Numbered from the stretch's first letter, positions 8,942 through 17,817 are shown. The stretch: 34,241 bases of DNA from a virus (IMGVR_UViG_3300037785_000004:1-34241), one strand, 5' to 3'. Numbers and translations are program-made. The notes: generated from the letters alone by a model not told the origin.

Positions 8942-11799
8942 TTGTAGGTCACCACATCATTTGGAGTCTTGAAGTTCTTCTTCCGCATGATGGTCTTAGC
9001 GGTGAAGATGAACTCGTCTTTTCGCTCGTCATACTTGATGACGAATGGGATGTTCAGGTCGCTCTGTAGGTCTTTCACGACGACTTGGCTTCCTTTCTTA
9101 CCCTTCAGCGGGTTCCCCTTCATCTTATATATCTTGGTGATCAGGTCTGCAAGCTCTTTCATCTTGATGCACGGAGTATTTCGCTCATCGCTCATACGCT
9201 CACCGAAGTGCTTGGTGAACTCGAAGTCGATGCCGTACTTTTCGAACATGCGGTCCACGAACTTCTCGAAGGCTTTCATCTGGTCAGCCCCGACGAGGTC
9301 GCATTTCTGCTCCTCTTCTAGGGTGTCTGGCTCTTCACCCGGAGTGTCTTCTTTGTACTTGCGGACTAGCTCGTCAGTGTTCTCGAACCCAGCGCCATGC
9401 TCCTCAGCCGCGAACCCGTACTTCTTCTTTAGCGCTTTGGCGCGCTCAGGAGATACCGTGTTCTTTTTGCTGTGCTTCTTGGTGTACATCTTGATAAGCT
9501 CACGTGGCGAGTAGTTGATGCCTCTTGCCTGTGAGATTTGGTTGGCGATGTCACCTAGATCGATGCCGCTGAGAACGCTCTTGTGAATCGCAGCTACGAT
9601 ACGATCCTCAAGAGTCCCTTCCATCAACTCAAACTGTTCGTTGATTGTGAGGTAGTCTTCAAGGTCGAGCTGGCAAGTTTCAGCGTCTTCTTTGATCTGC
9701 TTAGCCAGATCCGCGTCAGCGGTCTTGCGGGTCTTACCGCCAGTGACGAAGGAGTTGACCCGAGCTAGCGCCCACTGCTGAGGAGTAGTACCAGGACGGT
9801 GACCAGTCTTCCAAGCTGCCATGCCGCGGTCGTAGACTTTCTTCAGGATCCCGTAAGAGATGCCAGTCTCTTCGGCCTTCTTGCGAACGGCTTCGACTTC
9901 TTCGTTCAAGTCCTCGTCCGAGACTAGCTTTTCTACCGCCTTCAAGTGAAGCTCGTGGTAGTCGTGCCCGTTTAGCCCAGCCTTCTTTAGAGACTCGATA
10001 GCGTCTTCTACTGCCATCTCCATGTCGTCATAGTCGGCTTTGGTAGCCTTGCCAGCTTTCTGTAGACGCTTCTCAATTCCAAGGTACTTATCGACCGCCT
10101 GAATAGCGTTCTCGACCTCAGCGCCAGACGCGCCGTCTTTGATGTTCTTCTGGAACGCTTTCAGAGCGGCTGGGCACATGTCGAAGTTTTCGGTGGTATC
10201 TCCTTCGAACGTAAGCTGACCAGCTTCTTCTTTGAACATCTGGTCGTACTTCTTGGTGTACTTCGACGGCTTGGTCTTCGCGTCTTCGTCGCCAGGTGCT
10301 GGCTTGTACGCGCTAGGATCGTCATCTGGCATGTCCGCCTGACGCTTGAATTGGCGCGCTCGGCTTACCTTGTCGTCTTTGCTGACTCCCTTGAAGTAGT
10401 TCTTTGGCTGCTTACCTGGGACTTCAGGAACGGCATCTTCGAAGAGCTGGTCGAACTTGCGGTTGACCATCGCAGCTTCCATCAAGTCTTCGTCGTTGCA
10501 ACCAGCGATGAAGCTGTTGACTCTTGCGAAAGCCCACTGCTGTGGAGTCTGGTTCTCTGGAAGCTCGAAGCGGTAGTCTTCTAGACCACGAGCGAAGACT
10601 TCTAGGAGAGTCTCGGTGTCGTAACCGTAGTGCTCAGCCTTCTCCGCAAGAGAAGCGTTCACCTTGGTATCAGCTTCCACAGCCTCGACGTAGATGCGGT
10701 CTAGCATCTTCTTCAACTCGCTATCGGAAGACAGGTTCTCTTTCTTGAAGGCGCGGAAGCGACGATCTAGCTTGATCTTGCCGTCCTTGGCGAACATCAT
10801 GTGGTGACGCTTCGTAGGAGTTGGAGCCGTAGCTTCCTGGATAGGACTCTTGGTCTTCAACTTCTCACGGTCAGCCTGGATGACTTTTGGCATCAGGCGC
10901 TTAGCGATAGCTCGAATCGCACCCTTCTTGCCTTCGATTCTCTTGTCCACGAGGATCTTCTCGCTAGGAGACAGCTCGGCGTAGTTGGAGCCCTTCTCGC
11001 CCGCGAACTTCTTGCGCAGGACGTTTCTAGCTGCTTTCTCGGCTCTCGCCTTCAGCTTCTCCTTGGTAGCCAAGCGCTTAGCCATACGCTTGCGCGCGGC
11101 TGCGATCTTGCTCTTATACTTGCGCATGGTCATGGCGCGCTTACGACGCTGAGCGATGGACAGGACCGCTTCGTCTAGATCCATCTCTTCCGAAATCTTC
11201 ATCCCGCCGCGAACCATGTCGTAGACGTCTTGGGCTACATCATCCTTCTGTAGCGCCTTTGGAAGACCCTTGCGGAAAGTGTCGAAGTCACCTGCAGCGG
11301 CTAGAGCGCGCATCTTGGAAGCGGACATACCAGTTACGTCATCGGCGTCTGGATCTCGCTCACCAGCCGATACGACTTGGATGCTATCGAAGGTGTACTC
11401 TTTGCCGTTGTACTTGTTGAGGAGAGTTTGGAACTCGCCTACGCGATCCGCGCCAACGACTAGAACGACGGAGTCGAATTTCTTGTCTAGCTCTTTCATC
11501 AATTCGATGATGGTGCGAGCGTTAGACTTCTTGATGATGTTGCCGAAGGCCATCTGAGCGACCGATATCTTGTCGGCGTAAGATAGCGGGTTCTTCTTCG
11601 CGTCTTGAGACTTGCTCAGGTAAATCGCAGGCATCGCGCGCTCTTTTTTGGCTACGCTTCGTACCTTGTCTACCAGCTTTTCGTGGCCGATGGTGACTGG
11701 GTTCATGCGACCCCAGCTAACTACAACCGTCTTGCCTGCTGCTTCTTCCAGCCCGTGAAACTCCACGTACTTGTGATTCTTGGTCTTCTTCTCTGCCAT
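8938..11799 (-). CDS. Multidomain protein: N-terminal HIGH-superfamily (cytidyltransferase-like) nucleotidyltransferase plus two DUF5824-like repeats
   Basis: WGRMNPVTIGHEKL (HxGH-like), VVGADR, MSASKMR; repeats TPQQWAFARVNSF and TPQQWALARVNSF. Confidence 0.75.
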   Translation of the reverse strand: MAEKKTKNHKYVEFHGLEEAAGKTVVVSWGRMNPVTIGHEKLVDKVRSVAKKERAMPAIYLSKSQDAKKNPLSYADKISVAQMAFGNIIKKSNARTIIELMKELDKKFDSVVLVVGADRVGEFQTLLNKYNGKEYTFDSIQVVSAGERDPDADDVTGMSASKMRALAAAGDFDTFRKGLPKALQKDDVAQDVYDMVRGGMKISEEMDLDEAVLSIAQRRKRAMTMRKYKSKIAAARKRMAKRLATKEKLKARAEKAARNVLRKKFAGEKGSNYAELSPSEKILVDKRIEGKKGAIRAIAKRLMPKVIQADREKLKTKSPIQEATAPTPTKRHHMMFAKDGKIKLDRRFRAFKKENLSSDSELKKMLDRIYVEAVEADTKVNASLAEKAEHYGYDTETLLEVFARGLEDYRFELPENQTPQQWAFARVNSFIAGCNDEDLMEAAMVNRKFDQLFEDAVPEVPGKQPKNYFKGVSKDDKVSRARQFKRQADMPDDDPSAYKPAPGDEDAKTKPSKYTKKYDQMFKEEAGQLTFEGDTTENFDMCPAALKAFQKNIKDGASGAEVENAIQAVDKYLGIEKRLQKAGKATKADYDDMEMAVEDAIESLKKAGLNGHDYHELHLKAVEKLVSDEDLNEEVEAVRKKAEETGISYGILKKVYDRGMAAWKTGHRPGTTPQQWALARVNSFVTGGKTRKTADADLAKQIKEDAETCQLDLEDYLTINEQFELMEGTLEDRIVAAIHKSVLSGIDLGDIANQISQARGINYSPRELIKMYTKKHSKKNTVSPERAKALKKKYGFAAEEHGAGFENTDELVRKYKEDTPGEEPDTLEEEQKCDLVGADQMKAFEKFVDRMFEKYGIDFEFTKHFGERMSDERNTPCIKMKELADLITKIYKMKGNPLKGKKGSQVVVKDLQSDLNIPFVIKYDERKDEFIFTAKTIMRKKNFKTPNDVVTYK

Positions 11800-11842
11800 T
11801 TTTTCTCTCTTGTAGGTTTTCCGTAGACTTACTACTATGGGT

Positions 11843-11850
11843 TATTTATG
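11843..11850 (-). promoter_or_regulatory. Late promoter (CATAAATA)
   Basis: One mismatch from T4 TATAAATA, about 45 nt upstream of the 953-aa gene. Confidence 0.65.
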
Positions 11851-12490
11851 ATAGGCGAGTATAGCCAGTCTTCTCGAATATGCGATCATCTAGGATCCGA
11901 CTGATTTCGTCTATCTGTACTTTAGTTAAGTGCTCAGGCATCTGCTTTCGATAATAGTCTTCTCTGGAATTGGTGTAGTCTTTAGACTGGCTAACGGCTC
12001 CCTTTTCTGGAAAGACTAGATTAGACCCCTTTCTCTGCAAGGCAAAATTAGTTTGAACGTTCTCGAATATCTTCAATCTGGAAGACGGCACCAGTAAGTC
12101 TTCATACTTGATGAACGCCGTATTGGATCCTGGAGTATTCAGCAACCATGTAGTGTAGAAATGGTTGTAAGTCTTCGCCAGATTCGTCACATTCAAGCCG
12201 TCTTCTCCGACTTTCAATTCATCGTCACACGGTTCTTTAGCCGGATACGTTACCTGAGTTCGCACCCAATCCACTGAATTTCGAAAAGCGATAGACTCTA
12301 CCCAAGTATAGGGATTCTTGTATATCACTATCGTTGGTGAATTAGTCTTGTAACTCTTGGGTACCGTTATGCTATGCTTCCAGCAATTCTTCTGCGTGTT
12401 AGTCTTTCGAATAGCGAAGTTATTTTTCATGGTCGCTTCCACGAAATTAGTGCCAGAACGCTGTATTCCGAAGATGTAATAGTCAATCAT
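11846..12490 (-). CDS. Sulfotransferase-like protein (P-loop fold)
   Basis: 5'-PSB-like FGIQRSGTNF, 3'-PB-like IYKNPYTWVES, FIKYEDLL; ATG at 12490. Confidence 0.7.
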   Translation of the reverse strand: MIDYYIFGIQRSGTNFVEATMKNNFAIRKTNTQKNCWKHSITVPKSYKTNSPTIVIYKNPYTWVESIAFRNSVDWVRTQVTYPAKEPCDDELKVGEDGLNVTNLAKTYNHFYTTWLLNTPGSNTAFIKYEDLLVPSSRLKIFENVQTNFALQRKGSNLVFPEKGAVSQSKDYTNSREDYYRKQMPEHLTKVQIDEISRILDDRIFEKTGYTRLS

Positions 12491-13184
12491 GGTGAAGCCC
12501 TTTGTTCCACCCATCCGTTAGAGATTCGGGGTAGTTCACGACTTTTGGGACGCCGCCGTTCTCATACTGCTTGGTCCTCTCATAATGAGACGTGGACGCT
12601 CGGACCCAGCAAACGACTTGTGGCGGCTCGCATACGTATAGCGGCAGACCAGACATGGTTTTCATCATCAACCATCGATCTACCCCGACCCGGATTCCGT
12701 TCTTCATGGCGTCGTCGTGCAACCAAGCAGCGGTCTTTGGAGACAAGCCGCAAGCGTGTACTCCAACGGATCTCGGTATGCGGATTAGAGACTGAGCTGG
12801 ACCTGGTGGGGAGTACTGATTTCTAGAGCGCACCCTATGCCCGAAAGTCACTACAGCCATGTCAGGAATCTCGACTCTGCGAACATCTCCTAGGACAATG
12901 GCGTCGTGCTCTAGTATGAGGCAGGGAGCGTCGATCTCCGTTATGCGCTTCCAAGCCTTGATGTGGGATGCGTGACAGCAACAGTCTCCACTAGTGTTGT
13001 GATATCCGTTCACCGGGCGGGTACCGACTTCGGCGAAAGCTTCTGCGCATGGCAAGTTCTCTACCCCGTCTATGAACTCGTAGGGTAGATCGTGGTCCTC
13101 GCAAGACTGAGCACACATCTCCGCGTACTTCTTTGAGAGGTCGTGCGTTGGTCTGCGTATGATCAGGGCGCGGTCAATAGGCAT
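12483..13184 (-). CDS. Glycosyltransferase, GT25 (LPS biosynthesis)-like
   Basis: CCCHASHIKAWKRI...PCLILEHDA matches the GT25 C..SH...W...LILEDD pattern. Confidence 0.7.
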   Translation of the reverse strand: MPIDRALIIRRPTHDLSKKYAEMCAQSCEDHDLPYEFIDGVENLPCAEAFAEVGTRPVNGYHNTSGDCCCHASHIKAWKRITEIDAPCLILEHDAIVLGDVRRVEIPDMAVVTFGHRVRSRNQYSPPGPAQSLIRIPRSVGVHACGLSPKTAAWLHDDAMKNGIRVGVDRWLMMKTMSGLPLYVCEPPQVVCWVRASTSHYERTKQYENGGVPKVVNYPESLTDGWNKGLHHD

Positions 13185-13845
13185 TTTTCAGGGTGTAGTA
13201 CAGGTCGAAGTCTTTGGAGAAATATTGCTCGACTGCTCGCTTGGTAGCGGCGTCGTAGTAGTCGCTCAGCAAGTCTTGACGTTCAGGCTTGATGCCAGAC
13301 TTGAACTTAGCCAGAGGGGTCTCAGGAGCTACACCTCTTCTAGCTGCGAAATGGGCTAGGTGTTCGGGGATGTAGTCGTAGACCCAGGGAGTGGTGACGA
13401 ACTCTCCGTCTATCTTTCCGTAGTCGCTTTGGAGGATGCTGTTAGATCCGTCGGTCTGGTCGTAGCCAGCTTGATACGTCTTTCGAAAGTTCTCGACGGT
13501 AGCTTGGCTCTTGGCGTGACGGTGTTTGAAGAAGAACAGGGACAGTTGCCTATCAAGAGGCTCCCGTATCACGGTGACGACTTCTTTCTTCTTGGCAGAA
13601 TCCGCGGAGACGACTCCCTCAGCTATCAGTTCTTGGAGGGTCAGGTGAATGAAGCGATACTGAGCGCGATGCTTGGATATCAGTTCCTCAGAGACGCCTC
13701 TAGGTTTGACGCCGGAGTCTCCAATTGGCGTGTATCGATCATCGCGGCCCTTGCAATAGTTCTGCACGAAGAAGGTCGCTAGGCTAGTGCTCGCATTCTT
13801 CGGGACTCGAATGAAGATGAAGTTGTGGGACTCGCTTATCACCAT
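13174..13845 (-). CDS. Sulfotransferase family 2-like protein
   Basis: FIFIRVPKNASTS, VIREPLDRQLS and C-terminal YY...V.QYFSKDF motifs. Confidence 0.8.
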   Translation of the reverse strand: MVISESHNFIFIRVPKNASTSLATFFVQNYCKGRDDRYTPIGDSGVKPRGVSEELISKHRAQYRFIHLTLQELIAEGVVSADSAKKKEVVTVIREPLDRQLSLFFFKHRHAKSQATVENFRKTYQAGYDQTDGSNSILQSDYGKIDGEFVTTPWVYDYIPEHLAHFAARRGVAPETPLAKFKSGIKPERQDLLSDYYDAATKRAVEQYFSKDFDLYYTLKNAY

Positions 13846-14471
13846 TCTAGTAGCTCCACTTTCGTTCGATATCCTGGGTAGAAGTCTGCTAGGCGTCGGG
13901 CGTGATGTTCCCGGAATTGGTCCAGATCGAAGTCCAGGCCGGATGCTATCAAGATTCCCGTGTGAGCTTCGAACGTTTGATCTACGAATAGGTCGTAATT
14001 CTCTATCTTTGGAATCCCGCCTCGATAGTGGTTCTTCTTGCCCTTGTCTTGGTAGTCGTGAAACGTCACCACGTCGAAGAACTTGGCTAGCTCGGTTACG
14101 GAGACGTAGCGCAGACTGGAGATCCCGTCCACGAAAAGCATGTTGAGGTCTGGACGGATCTTGGCTTGGCAGAAACTCAGGAACTGCTCTTCTACCTCCC
14201 TCGACACGGTTCTGGTGCTGCGCTTTATGCTGGGATCTTTCAGGTCGTAGTGTACCAATTCTAGACCGCGTCGTGGTCCGATCTCAGCGCGCATTCTCGC
14301 TACCCACTCTTTGTCCGTCTCGATGGAGACACACTCTACACCGCCTCGGGCAAACATCGGAGTGCTGTTCAGTCCCGCTCCTATCTCAAGGACACCTTCT
14401 ATTGGCAGGTAGTCGATAAGAGCTTGGTTTGTAGGTATGTGCGAACCCCACGTAGTTCTGGTATCAGTCAT
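13839..14471 (-). CDS. Class I SAM-dependent methyltransferase-like protein
   Basis: VLEIGAGLNST, VSIETDKEW, LFVDG, VTFHD. Confidence 0.7.
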   Translation of the reverse strand: MTDTRTTWGSHIPTNQALIDYLPIEGVLEIGAGLNSTPMFARGGVECVSIETDKEWVARMRAEIGPRRGLELVHYDLKDPSIKRSTRTVSREVEEQFLSFCQAKIRPDLNMLFVDGISSLRYVSVTELAKFFDVVTFHDYQDKGKKNHYRGGIPKIENYDLFVDQTFEAHTGILIASGLDFDLDQFREHHARRLADFYPGYRTKVELLEW

Positions 14472-14484
14472 ACTATCCTCTATG

Positions 14485-14509
14485 AAAAAAGCGGGCCGAA
14501 GCCCGCTTT
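14485..14509 (-). terminator. Intrinsic terminator
   Basis: Minus strand GCGGGC-TTCG-GCCCGC-TTTTTT (cUUCGg tetraloop). Confidence 0.85.
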
Positions 14510-14538
14510 GATGCAGATTGGCTCTGCGCTATTTAGAG

Positions 14539-14682
14539 TTACCAGACTCGCTTGTAGTCTAGTTCTCGCTGACGGCGTTCCAGGTCTACTAGATCGACCG
14601 ACTGCGATAGGTACTGCTCGACCATCTCACTTCTAGACGCAGGACGTAGGAATTGCAACAAAGCTCGGATGGTGTCAGACAC
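14539..14682 (-). CDS. Small protein, DUF3563-like
   Basis: EQYLSQSVDLVDLERRQREL matches the YL..S.D..DLE.R.R.L pattern of proteobacterial small proteins; probable GTG start overlapping the upstream ORF end. Confidence 0.6.
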   Translation of the reverse strand: MSDTIRALLQFLRPASRSEMVEQYLSQSVDLVDLERRQRELDYKRVW

Positions 14683-14836
14683 GGTTAAGGGTATCCAGTT
14701 TTTGGTTGAGGACCGCATCATAGACTTCGTCGAAGCTATACTTGCGGTATTCAATACGTTGAAGGTGTTCAGCCACTTGACGCGCAACGGAGCGCTCTCT
14801 GGCACGGATGATGGAACGGTAGATTCTAGCTAGCAC
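14675..14836 (-). CDS. Small Arg-rich protein (53 aa)
   Basis: AGGAG RBS then GTG: MLARIYRSIIRARERSVARQVAEHL... Confidence 0.6.
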   Translation of the reverse strand: MLARIYRSIIRARERSVARQVAEHLQRIEYRKYSFDEVYDAVLNQKLDTLNRV

Positions 14837-14870
14837 TTCTTTTCTCCTCTTGTGCGCTATGACACTTCTT

Positions 14871-14936
14871 ATATAGTGCAGTTGCGGCAAAAATTGAAGT
14901 GCTATTTAGTAAACCCGGTCATGCGCTCAGGGCATG
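14871..14936 (-). promoter_or_regulatory. Alphaproteobacterial-type sigma70 promoter with upstream LysR-type box
   Basis: CTTCAA-N17-CTATAT (14899-14871); palindrome CATGC-N7-GCATG (T-N11-A) at 14920-14936. Confidence 0.55.
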
Positions 14937-14938
14937 TC

Positions 14939-15667
14939 TCACTCTAGGCCGTCTCGGACCAAGACTAAGTCATACGCTGCGGTGTATCGTCCGTTGTTGG
15001 TTCGCGTCGTGATTCGAACGTCCAAGTCTGACATTGGTGGAAGACGGAACGGTACCCCCATCTTGTAGTCGTATTTGCCTGCACCAGAGACTTCGAAGGT
15101 GTGGCCAATTCGAAAAATTTGTTCGCTATCGTACTTGATGTTGAAGAACCCGTTACCATCCGCGCCAGATTCTGCGCTGGCGGATCCGTGAAGCACGTAC
15201 CCGAAGTGGTCTCTCGGTATCGTGTACACAACCATCAGAGTTTGATTGTTCCCCGCGAGGATCCTACCTACAGGAGTGACTCCGTGATTCACGGTGATCG
15301 GCCCGTGCGCATTGGTAGACCCATCTATCAGGTAAGCTTGGTTCAGCCGCTTGAACACGACCGTTGAGGTATTTCCAGTGGGGTTTGTCAAGACGACTGT
15401 GTCGGTGACTTCGTCATAGTTCTCGTCTAGACCTTCTAGAACCACAGTCTTACCTGCGTCTTCGGTAGCTGCCCGAGTTATGTTCAGGGTAGACGCAGTG
15501 TTCCAGACAGCCCAAGGATACAGGGTATCGTTGATGTCCCATACCGTCCCGGTGGTGTTCTGAGACATTTCAGGCACCGCGCCAAAGACGTGGCGATACC
15601 GAGTCCCCTTGACGAGGCCGCGAGATATGTTGAAGAACAGGTCGTCTAAGGGGTAATATCTAGCCAT
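14939..15667 (-). CDS. Putative virion structural protein (beta-rich)
   Basis: 242 aa, T/G/V-rich; NISRGLVKG....FG N-terminal pattern; late-gene context. Confidence 0.55.
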   Translation of the reverse strand: MARYYPLDDLFFNISRGLVKGTRYRHVFGAVPEMSQNTTGTVWDINDTLYPWAVWNTASTLNITRAATEDAGKTVVLEGLDENYDEVTDTVVLTNPTGNTSTVVFKRLNQAYLIDGSTNAHGPITVNHGVTPVGRILAGNNQTLMVVYTIPRDHFGYVLHGSASAESGADGNGFFNIKYDSEQIFRIGHTFEVSGAGKYDYKMGVPFRLPPMSDLDVRITTRTNNGRYTAAYDLVLVRDGLE

Positions 15668-16891
15668 TTATCGCTGCCATCCTTTGATGTATCTTGGGGA
15701 GAAGTTAGCCTGCGAGAATTGCAGACGGTCCACTAGCTTCACAGTATTCGAGCCAGTGTGATCAATGGCCACGAAGCCCTCTTGCCCAGTAACTTCCAAG
15801 CCATCTTTCGTTTTCAAGAACGTCTTGGTGCCCTGACCCTGGTCTAGCTTACGCACGACCATGAGCTTAGCCTTCGACAGTAGAAGGAAGAGGTCGAATA
15901 TCAGTTCCATCTGCCTAGAGTCAAGCGCCGCTAGCATCTCATCTCTGGCGTCTATCTTCGTCTGCTTAGCCTTGTCGGTCTTTACCTTGTCGATCTCTTT
16001 CTGGTAGTAAGTTCGGAGGTACTGTTCCAAGCGGCTAGCGTACTGCTTTCCGGTACCGACCTTGACGCCTTCGCGAATGAAGCTGTTCACGAACGCCATC
16101 AGGCGAACGTTGTACTTGGCATCGCTGATGGTGTCGAACGTCTTCTTGGGGATCTTGTTGAAAATCTTCCCCGCCTCGGAGAGAATCGCCGTGATCTCCT
16201 TCGTCTCAGCTTCGGTGAAGTTAGCCGTGCCAGACAGGTCCTTGTAGGTCGCATCGATGGACCAGACACCCGAAGTCTTGTTGTGGTTCTTCGCGATCGG
16301 CTTGCCGAAGCTAGCTTGCATGTTCTCGAAAGAAGACCCCTTGTAAGAGGTGTGCCAGACGATTCCGATCTTAGATGCTGCGATCTCTTTGGCCAGAGGT
16401 GTTCCCATCGGGACCGCGTAGACAATCGTGTTTGGCTGGAACGTCAGGTGCGGCACACCGTCGATAGTCTCCTTGGACAAGTCTTCGCGCGCGTACAGGA
16501 AGTCTCCCTGAACCACGTCTTTGATGCCCAGAGCTGGGAGATACTTGAGCGCCAGTTTCAGCTTGGTGTTGAGGTCTCCAGAAGTGTCTTCGTCGATGTC
16601 AGCCTCGGTCTTGTAGACCTTCGGGTTCTTGTTGAAAATGCCCTTCTTCGCCACGAAGAACTGCCCGTCACTCGGGTCGATGCCAGCGAAGATAGCAGGC
16701 GCTCCGTCGAACTTAGTCGTGATGTTAACCGAAGACTTGGAGTTGCCAGCTAGCATGTCTCGAAGGGATCGAAGGAAGTTGATGGCTTGGCGAGTGCCGT
16801 CTACACCACCAGTGAAGATCGAATCTTCTAAGTGGGTCATGTGGACGTTCTTGGCGCTCTCAGCCAAGAAGGTAGAAAACTTCTGCATCAT
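15668..16891 (-). CDS. DUF6267-like protein with ATP-dependent ligase/nucleotidyltransferase motifs
   Basis: KNVHMTHLED; motif I TKFDG; QGDFL; motif IV EGFV; motif V VKLV; CTS-like N-terminus FSTFLAE|S. Confidence 0.7.
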   Translation of the reverse strand: MMQKFSTFLAESAKNVHMTHLEDSIFTGGVDGTRQAINFLRSLRDMLAGNSKSSVNITTKFDGAPAIFAGIDPSDGQFFVAKKGIFNKNPKVYKTEADIDEDTSGDLNTKLKLALKYLPALGIKDVVQGDFLYAREDLSKETIDGVPHLTFQPNTIVYAVPMGTPLAKEIAASKIGIVWHTSYKGSSFENMQASFGKPIAKNHNKTSGVWSIDATYKDLSGTANFTEAETKEITAILSEAGKIFNKIPKKTFDTISDAKYNVRLMAFVNSFIREGVKVGTGKQYASRLEQYLRTYYQKEIDKVKTDKAKQTKIDARDEMLAALDSRQMELIFDLFLLLSKAKLMVVRKLDQGQGTKTFLKTKDGLEVTGQEGFVAIDHTGSNTVKLVDRLQFSQANFSPRYIKGWQR

Positions 16892-17817
16892 ATGCTCCTG
16901 GATTTTCTAGACGCCTTGGGCTGGACTGCAAATCTAGCACCCTTGACATTATAGTTGCTTCGGTCTCCCTTGTAAATAGCCATAAACGCTGGGGCATAAC
17001 CACCAGTGACTGCGTCGCCATTCATTAGGGTGTGGTTGGACTGTAGTTCATAGTGGTCCCCGACTTTCGTCAGCTTCACTGGGCCTTGAAGGAGGATAGT
17101 CACGTTCTGGCGGCCAAACTTAGAACCGTAGTCCGATCCGTATACCGCTAGCCCAACCAGTCTCTTGTCTTTGATCATCCTAGAAAGAGTAGTGGCGCGA
17201 GGCATAGTATTGCCTACTTCATCTTTCACCGCTTGGACGAAGGCTTTAGACTCCGGATGCTCGGCGACCTTGCGATCGGCTCTCTCGCTCATTCCGCTCC
17301 ACTGTTGAAAGTGAGTTGCGCGAGTCCCGTCTTTGTGGGATATCCAAACGACCTCATCCCCCTTCAAGTTGAGGAGGTGGAAGTCTGACTTCGGGGTTCC
17401 TGGTGTAGTGGCCGCGCCTGCGACTTGGTATATCTTGTTACCAACCTTGAGGGGAAGCTCCATCAAGTTCTCTTTATCCAAGACGTCTTGGATCTGTTTC
17501 TGGAGAGAAGCTAGCTGGGCGTCTTCTTTCGCGGTACCACCAACTCCAGATCCAGGTATCGGCTTGACGTATAGCTTGTATCCACCTTCGAACTCCAGTA
17601 CTGGCTTCCCGGCTTCGTTTCCCTTAGATACAAAAGTACCGCCAAGTTTTTTGGCGATCTTCTGCGCTACTTCCATTCGTTCTTTAGCAGGGACTAATAT
17701 CTTGAAGCGGCGGGCAGATAAGACTAGGATGTCTTTGTATCCCATTTGAGCCAATGACGATTTCAAGTCTTCGGCAGTACCTTCGGTAATCAAAAAGGTG
17801 TTAAATCCTACGATCAT
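16888..17817 (-). CDS. Putative PD-(D/E)XK-like endonuclease
   Basis: GTPKSDFHL...VWISHK pattern; upstream late promoter; N-terminus FNTFLITE|G. Confidence 0.55.
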   Translation of the reverse strand: MIVGFNTFLITEGTAEDLKSSLAQMGYKDILVLSARRFKILVPAKERMEVAQKIAKKLGGTFVSKGNEAGKPVLEFEGGYKLYVKPIPGSGVGGTAKEDAQLASLQKQIQDVLDKENLMELPLKVGNKIYQVAGAATTPGTPKSDFHLLNLKGDEVVWISHKDGTRATHFQQWSGMSERADRKVAEHPESKAFVQAVKDEVGNTMPRATTLSRMIKDKRLVGLAVYGSDYGSKFGRQNVTILLQGPVKLTKVGDHYELQSNHTLMNGDAVTGGYAPAFMAIYKGDRSNYNVKGARFAVQPKASRKSRSI

